A stretch of DNA of 64,000 nt from NCBI GenBank assembly GCA_965223845.1, contig CBDCXR010000004.1, positions 6,496,001-6,560,000 on the forward strand. Reading direction: 5' to 3'. The position numbers and the translations under genes are program-made. The notes below the pieces were generated by a model. It ran no database searches. It was given only the letters and a program-made list of their open reading frames with translations, and was not told the DNA's origin. Below are positions 58,349 to 64,000 of the stretch, in pieces (the first letter of the stretch is position 1; every line of letters starts with the position of its first letter). The stretch is from Planctomycetota bacterium. Its GTDB lineage: Bacteria > Planctomycetota > UBA8108 > SXIK01.

Positions 58349-61300
58349 TTACGGACCTTCGCGCCCTTCGTGTGGAGTTTTTACTCGAGTTTGTGCGCTC
58401 GGGCCTGCCGGCCTCTCGGCCCGAACCGCCGCGAGAGTCTCGCGGCCGCGCCTCTTCTCTTGAACGGCCATGAAATCGGCGAGGCGCTCGTCGCGCAATG
58501 CTCTTTCGCTCGTCGGCTCGAAGCTGCGGCGGCAGGTGCGGCGATGGGCGCAGTAGCGACACCACGACCCTTTGCGGAGCGGAAACCAACCGTTCGTCGC
58601 GAGATTTGCCGCGACCTCGAGGCTCTCGAGGAAGCCGCGGCGTTCCGCATCGCTCAGATCGAGCCGCGCGCTCGACTCCCCGCGTGCTGTCGAGGAGAGC
58701 GACTCGGCGGACGGATACGAAGGGCCGACGCCGAGTAGCGTCGCGGTGACGGAATCGACATCGAGGCCCTCGGCGGCGGCGACGATCTCGCGGTAGAGCG
58801 CGAGCTGGACGTGCTCCCCGGCGAGAATGGCTCCGAGTCGCGCCCGGTCGGCGAGCTTTCCGCCGGTCTTGTAGTCTCCGATCGACGTGCCGTCCGGAGA
58901 TCTCACGAGACGATCGAAGCGACCCGCGACGTCGAGCGCGGCGCCGCTCGGAAGATCGATCCGCGCGCGGAGCGTGTGCTCGAGGTCGACCGACCGCGCG
59001 TTCGCCAGGCGTGTGACATCGCCGGTGACGAAACTTTCGATCGCTTTCAGCCACCGCGTTGCGAGGGCGCCGTAGAGCCCGCGGAGCCGCCGAAGCGAGG
59101 GGCTGGCGGCGCGATCGAACGCGTGCTGCCAGTGATGGCCCACGGCGCGCAGCGCGGCACCGCGGAGATCGTCGACCGGCGAATTCCATCCGGGTTCCGT
59201 GGCGATCTTCCGGTAGAGAGAGTCGAGCGCTTCGTGGACCGCGAGTCCGAGAACGCGAAACTCGAGATCGTGCGGATCGGCTTCTTCGGCGAGCTCCTCG
59301 ACGCCGAGCACGTCGCGGAAGAAGAAAGCCTGCGGGCAGCGCCCCAGACGCTCGAGGGCGGTCGGTGACCACTCGCGCGTCACGCCGAAGTCGGCACCGA
59401 GCATCGCGTCGACATCGGCACGGGCACGGTCGCTCCTCAAGTCTTCAACGGCCTCGACCCACGCGAGCGCTGCGGTGAGCGCGGGGGAGCCGATCGCGAG
59501 GGTCGCCGCCGCGTGCGCTGCGGCGGGAGGGCCGCCTTCGACGCCGGCGGCCACCAGCGCGTCACCGGCGGCGAGCGCGCCGAAGCGCGCGGAGGAGGCG
59601 AGGACGCGCACCCGTTCCGCCGGGTGAGCGGGGACGGCCTCGGGTCGATGCAAATTCTCTGCATCCGGGTCGAGGAGGCTTTCGGTAGACGCTCCCGCCG
59701 AGAAGAGACGCGCCACTTCCCTCAGCGCCGGCGATCTCCCGAGCGGACGTCCCGACGCGTCGGACCGAAGAGAGGAGACGACGAGCCTCTCACGGACCCC
59801 CGCGAGCGTCGTTGCGAGAAGAAGTCTCTCTTCGTCGTCCGCATCTCGGCTCAGGGGAAGCAACCTGCCGGTCGCGGCGGCGATCCGTTCGCGCGAAGCG
59901 TCCCCGAGTACGGTGTCGGGTCGACCGCGACGAGGAAACGACCCGCGGTGAAAGCCGATCCAGATCAGCGCGTGAAAGCGATGTCCCCGCGCTTGCATCA
60001 GATCGAGGACGCGCAGCGCGGGTTCGCCATCGGGTGGTGGAGGCATCGTCGCGGAAAGAGCGAACTCTTCGAGAGTGCGGAGCACCTCGATCGCGCTCAC
60101 CGGCTCGGAATCCGTCACCTCGCCGAGGGCTTCCAAAGCTTCGAAAAGAGATTCGAGCCCGTTCGGCGCCCACCGATCGCTGGGCGGCAGCCGGCGCTTC
60201 GCGATCGCGCGAAGAGCCGCGTGATGCTCGGCGAACGTACGCGCCGCGCGCCAAGCTTCGGCGTCGTCCTCGAGCTCGTCGAGGCGATCGAGAAGCGCGG
60301 TGATCGAGCGTCGAGATCGTTCAGGCCGGGTTTCCACGGTGTCGCGGCGAGGCGTACCGGTCGAGTCGCCGGAGCGTTTCGCTCTCTCGTCGCGGAGATC
60401 GTCTTCGGTCGCGGTCGGGCGACCTCGGACCCAGCGGGAGCCGTCCTCTCCGGAGTGGATCTCGAGCCACTCCGGGATCCGTCGCCACGCGTCGAGTCCC
60501 GAGCTGATTCCCGCCTCGCGGGAGACTCGGTCGCAGCGATCGATGTCTTCCGAAGAGAGAGCGGCGGAGGAGTCGTCTTCCGGCGAGCGATGCGAATCAG
60601 CCCGAAGAATCCGTCGCCGGAATAGATCGATGACCGCGGCGCGCTCGAAGTCTCCGGCGAGGACTTGGAGAAGAGCGAAGAACGCTGAGACCGTGCGCTC
60701 GCGCCGGAGTGGCGAGCGAGCCGACGTCGACAGCGGAACGTTCAGCTTCCGCGAGACGAACGGGATGCTCGTTGCGTAGGGCTCGAGCGAGCGGGGGACG
60801 ATCGCGAGATCGCTCCAGTCGATCCCGTCGTCGCGGTGGAAGCGGAGCGCGCGGAAGACCGCGGCCTCGAGCTCGGCGGCTTCGCTCGGCGCCGTGACGA
60901 GCTCGAGCCGCGGACCGCCATTCGCAGCCGGCGGCTCGCGGGGTGGATCGCTCGCCGCTCCGATCTCCGCGAGTGCGGCGATCCACTCGTCACGCGGCGA
61001 ACCCGCATCTCGGTCCGTTCGGAGGGACACGTGCTCGACGTCGTCTCCGAGTGAGGCGACGAACCGGGCCGAGTAGCGGCCGGCCGGGGTCCCGGAGGCG
61101 GCGGGGAGGAGGAACTCCATCGGGGCGTGAGCGTCGACGACGCGCGCGAGGTCAGAGTTCATTCCTACGAGCTCGTAGGCGCCGTAGTGGAACGACCGAG
61201 CGATCTTCTTGGCGGCGAGGAAATCGCTCACATGCGGAAGCGCGCTCGCGACGATCCCAGCCGTGTCCGTCCAGCCGGCTCGAAGAGCGCGCTCGAGCGA

Positions 61301-61774
61301 TCGCTCGACGTCCGCGCACAGCCGGTAGAGCTCCGGCGCGACGCGACCGCGAAGTTCCTTCGCGCGGAGTCCCGCCTCGCGGAGATCGCGCACGGCTCCG
61401 ACGAGCGCGCGCCGCGCACCGGGAAAGCGCCGCCAGTGATCGTACGCCGCCGGGTCGCCCTTTGGTGCTCCGGCCTCCGTGCCCGACAGCGCAGCGGCGA
61501 TCCAGCGTTCGACGACCGCGTCGGGAACGAGTCGAAATGAAGGCTGAAGCGCGAACTCGAGGACTCGCCGGCAAAAACCGAGGTGCGTCTCGACGTGGAG
61601 CTGGAGACACGCGCTCGTGCGATCCAGCACGTCTCGCTTGAGTCGCGCGGCGAGCCGCCTCGTCGGAACGAGCACGAGCAGAGGGTCGTCGAGACCGCCG
61701 CGCGGGCGGGACGAGATCGCCGCCAAGATGCGTTCGTTGAGGGCGTCGGTATCGAAGGAGCCGATGAGCTTCAC
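58349..61774 (-). CDS. addB: AddB-type PD-(D/E)XK nuclease subunit with Fe-S cysteines
   Basis: Degenerate helicase N-terminus (LVPT, QARG..F); SPTALE..GRCP..FF; GRFDRL, DYKTG, QLALY; C-terminal CRYC.....C; GTG start at 61774. Confidence 0.82.
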   Translation of the reverse strand: MKLIGSFDTDALNERILAAISSRPRGGLDDPLLVLVPTRRLAARLKRDVLDRTSACLQLHVETHLGFCRRVLEFALQPSFRLVPDAVVERWIAAALSGTEAGAPKGDPAAYDHWRRFPGARRALVGAVRDLREAGLRAKELRGRVAPELYRLCADVERSLERALRAGWTDTAGIVASALPHVSDFLAAKKIARSFHYGAYELVGMNSDLARVVDAHAPMEFLLPAASGTPAGRYSARFVASLGDDVEHVSLRTDRDAGSPRDEWIAALAEIGAASDPPREPPAANGGPRLELVTAPSEAAELEAAVFRALRFHRDDGIDWSDLAIVPRSLEPYATSIPFVSRKLNVPLSTSARSPLRRERTVSAFFALLQVLAGDFERAAVIDLFRRRILRADSHRSPEDDSSAALSSEDIDRCDRVSREAGISSGLDAWRRIPEWLEIHSGEDGSRWVRGRPTATEDDLRDERAKRSGDSTGTPRRDTVETRPERSRRSITALLDRLDELEDDAEAWRAARTFAEHHAALRAIAKRRLPPSDRWAPNGLESLFEALEALGEVTDSEPVSAIEVLRTLEEFALSATMPPPPDGEPALRVLDLMQARGHRFHALIWIGFHRGSFPRRGRPDTVLGDASRERIAAATGRLLPLSRDADDEERLLLATTLAGVRERLVVSSLRSDASGRPLGRSPALREVARLFSAGASTESLLDPDAENLHRPEAVPAHPAERVRVLASSARFGALAAGDALVAAGVEGGPPAAAHAAATLAIGSPALTAALAWVEAVEDLRSDRARADVDAMLGADFGVTREWSPTALERLGRCPQAFFFRDVLGVEELAEEADPHDLEFRVLGLAVHEALDSLYRKIATEPGWNSPVDDLRGAALRAVGHHWQHAFDRAASPSLRRLRGLYGALATRWLKAIESFVTGDVTRLANARSVDLEHTLRARIDLPSGAALDVAGRFDRLVRSPDGTSIGDYKTGGKLADRARLGAILAGEHVQLALYREIVAAAEGLDVDSVTATLLGVGPSYPSAESLSSTARGESSARLDLSDAERRGFLESLEVAANLATNGWFPLRKGSWCRYCAHRRTCRRSFEPTSERALRDERLADFMAVQEKRRGRETLAAVRAERPAGPSAQTRVKTPHEGREGP
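58352..58376. repeat. REP-like repeat arm, copy 3 (at the addB stop)
   Basis: cggaccttcgcgcccttcgtgtgga matches the copy-1 right arm at 21/25. Confidence 0.55.
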
Positions 61775-61799
61775 GTCTCGCCCCGCGCGTGCTCGGGTT

Positions 61800-62984
61800 T
61801 CAATCGACCTCGTAGCGTCGGAGTGCGTCGAGATCGACCTCGATGCCGAGCCCGGGCTTCTCCGGCGGCACGATCCATCCGTCCCGCATTTCGAGATCTT
61901 CGGGCACGAGCTCCTGGCGGAGCCGCGAGTCACAAAGCTCGGCCGGTAGGAACTCGATGAAGGGGCAGTGCGGCGTCACCGCGGCGAGGTGTGCGCTCGC
62001 TGCGATTCCGATTCCGGTCTTCCAGCAGTGCGGGACGACCAGGCGCCCGCGCTCGCGGGCCATCTCGGCGATGCGCATCGCCTCGGTGAGCCCGCCGCAG
62101 CGTCCGATGTCGGGCTGTGCTATATCCACTAGACCGCGGTCGAGGAGCTCTTCGAACTCGAAGCGCGTCGTTTGCCACTCGCCCGCAGCGACGGGGATGG
62201 GCGACTCGCGATGGATGCGCGCGTAGCCGTCGAGGTCATCGATCGCGAGAGGCGTTTCGATGAAAAAGATATCGAGGTCCTTCCAGTCGCGGAGCGTCCG
62301 GATCGCCGCGTCCGGATCCGACCACGCGTACTGGACATCGACCATCAGCGTAAACCCCGGGCCCACGGCGTCTCGGCACGAGCGAACGACTTCCGTGACT
62401 CTTTCGTCCGGTTCATTCAGCCCGCTGTGGTTGTACGGTCCGCTGAGGGTGCACTCGAGCTTCGCCGCGCGAAATCCGAGCTCCTTGGCGCGGAGCACCC
62501 ACGCGACGAGGGAGTCGCGGTACTCTTCGAAGGAGCTCCCGGACGGCTGGAGCGAAGCGTACGGAGTGATGCGATCGCGCACCGCTTCTGGACCGACACT
62601 CTCCGCGAGCAACTGCCAGCACGGCTTACCCGCTGCTTTTCCTCGGATGTCCCAAAGGGCCATGTCGAGTGCGCCGATCGCGTTCACGCCCGCACCGCGG
62701 CGGCCGTTCATCGCGCTCCCGACGTAGAGTTTCTGCCAGAGTCGCTCGGTCTCGAGCGGATTCTCACCGATCAGCATGTCGGTGAGACCGCGTCCCATCG
62801 TGTGTGTGCTCGGCGCGGTGATGCACGCGCGCGCGATCCACGGATTGACGTCGGTCTCTCCGACTCCCGTGATGCCTTCGTCGGTGTGGACGAAGACGAC
62901 GATCTCATCCTGGGCGGACGACGTCGCCTCCGTGTCGAGGTCCGGAACGAGGAGGACGTGACAATCAATCTGGGTGATCTTCAT
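61800..62984 (-). CDS. Mandelate racemase/enolase superfamily acid-sugar dehydratase
   Basis: TDEGITGVGE, DMALWDIRGK, PYAS, metal ligands in MVD / FIETP / AAGE, QPD, VPH, FIEF. Confidence 0.9.
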   Translation of the reverse strand: MKITQIDCHVLLVPDLDTEATSSAQDEIVVFVHTDEGITGVGETDVNPWIARACITAPSTHTMGRGLTDMLIGENPLETERLWQKLYVGSAMNGRRGAGVNAIGALDMALWDIRGKAAGKPCWQLLAESVGPEAVRDRITPYASLQPSGSSFEEYRDSLVAWVLRAKELGFRAAKLECTLSGPYNHSGLNEPDERVTEVVRSCRDAVGPGFTLMVDVQYAWSDPDAAIRTLRDWKDLDIFFIETPLAIDDLDGYARIHRESPIPVAAGEWQTTRFEFEELLDRGLVDIAQPDIGRCGGLTEAMRIAEMARERGRLVVPHCWKTGIGIAASAHLAAVTPHCPFIEFLPAELCDSRLRQELVPEDLEMRDGWIVPPEKPGLGIEVDLDALRRYEVD

Positions 62985-63003
62985 CGCAGCGCGAGCATCG
63001 AGC

Positions 63004-63720
63004 TCAAAAGTTCGTTTCGATCATCGGCCGAAACGTGATGTCGTGAACCACGACGTCCGAAGGGAGAGCGAGTACGGAATAGATCGCTTCGGCGACGCTG
63101 TCGGGGTGCATATAGTCGGGGCGTGGTTTCGCGCGAAACGTCGTATCGGTTCCACCCGGATACACTGCCGACACGCGCACGTCGTGCTGGCGCGCTTCCT
63201 TGAGGAGCACGCCGTGAAGTCCTTGAAGTCCTTTTTTCGCGGCGGTGTAGGCGCTCATCGTCTCGTTGTCGAAGTGACAAACCGTCGAGAGCACGTTCAC
63301 GATATGTCCGCTCCGCCGAGCGATCATGTCGGGAAGGACACTTCGAAGGAGGATGAACGGCGCCCGGAGATTGACGGCGACGATGTCGTCGAACTCCTCG
63401 AGGCCGACCTCTTCCACGGGGGCTTTTCGCGAATTGAACCCCGCGTTGTTGACCAGAATCTCGACGGGGCCGTGAGCGTCGGCGGCCGCAGAAGCGAAGT
63501 CCGCGATATCGGTCGCACTGCGAAGGTCGAACCTTCGGGTGAAGACGCCGCTCGCACGGGCCGCTCGAGCTTCCTGAGCGACCGCCTCGAGCGCGTCCGA
63601 GTTCCGGCCGCAGAGGCTGAGGCACGCGCGTTCGCGCGCGAGCCGAACGGCAAGCGAGCGGCCGATCCCGCGCGTCGCGCCGGTGATGAGAACGTGTTTC
63701 CCGTCGAGGCTGGCCCGCAT
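63004..63720 (-). CDS. SDR family oxidoreductase
   Basis: ITGATRGIG, NNAG, YTAAK, PGGTDT. Confidence 0.9.
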   Translation of the reverse strand: MRASLDGKHVLITGATRGIGRSLAVRLARERACLSLCGRNSDALEAVAQEARAARASGVFTRRFDLRSATDIADFASAAADAHGPVEILVNNAGFNSRKAPVEEVGLEEFDDIVAVNLRAPFILLRSVLPDMIARRSGHIVNVLSTVCHFDNETMSAYTAAKKGLQGLHGVLLKEARQHDVRVSAVYPGGTDTTFRAKPRPDYMHPDSVAEAIYSVLALPSDVVVHDITFRPMIETNF

Positions 63721-63907
63721 TTCTCAACAAATCCTCTACGAATCGATCAGACGAGAAGTTCGCGTCGGATGCGCCGCCGCCCCGGACCTCAGAGCGTGTC
63801 CGACCGGCGCGTGGTTCACCGACGTGATACGCTATCGAGCGGCGATTCGAGCGCACAGGATAACGATCCGTGCGCTCGAGCGCCAATCTGCGAATCGAGT
63901 CGCCGGC

Positions 63908-64000
63908 ATGAATGAACGCTGCTCGTCCCTATTCGTGTACGGAACGCTCATGGATGAATCCGTGCAGCGCCGCCTCCTCGGTCGCGCGGTCGCGGGACGA
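63908..64000 (+). CDS. Gamma-glutamylcyclotransferase family protein (5' part only)
   Basis: Manual translation MNERCSSLFVYGTLMDESVQRRLLGR contains the LFVYGTL signature; runs off the window. Confidence 0.78.
   Translation, partial: MNERCSSLFVYGTLMDESVQRRLLGRAVAGR

Noticed and set aside
58349-59400. Cas4 gene suggested by the Fe-S cysteines and PD-(D/E)XK motifs
   Set aside because: The domain is the C-terminus of a ~1140-aa AddB-type protein with addA nearby, and there is no CRISPR context.

Overview
High-GC bacterial DNA with strong CG/TCGA enrichment and a preference for CTC, GTC and NCG codons. The gene repertoire (Tat-exported Gfo/Idh/MocA and sugar-phosphate isomerase/epimerase proteins, a PQQ-propeller/LamG/methyltransferase fusion, HEAT, WD40 and FHA proteins, Hanks-type kinases) suggests a Planctomycetota-type chromosome; this is inference. 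About 45 real CDSs are present, mostly core or metabolic. They include a partial kinase-STAND ATPase-TPR gene, an HTTM gene pair, cytochrome P460, an M16B peptidase pair, waaA plus an LPS kinase, a GlnA4-like gamma-glutamylation operon with a displaced aldehyde dehydrogenase, RNase HI, a sigma54 enhancer-binding protein, fbaB, a diguanylate cyclase, and addA/addB split by and interleaved with oxidative sugar-acid (Weimberg-type) genes. I found no tRNA, rRNA, CRISPR array or transposase. The most interesting unexplained signals are non-coding. (1) A ~210-nt rod-like structure at 48750-48960 whose two long helices are fully paired on the minus strand via G-U wobbles, directly upstream of a small stand-alone sigma-region-4-like protein. 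(2) A sigma54 promoter and palindromic enhancer next to the sigma54 activator, pointing into a ~240-nt structured non-coding region and then rnhA. (3) A REP/MITE-like repeat family with three copies at gene 3' ends, two of which supply the C-terminal codons of WaaA and AddB. All calls were made by eye from motifs and need HMM or covariance-model confirmation.
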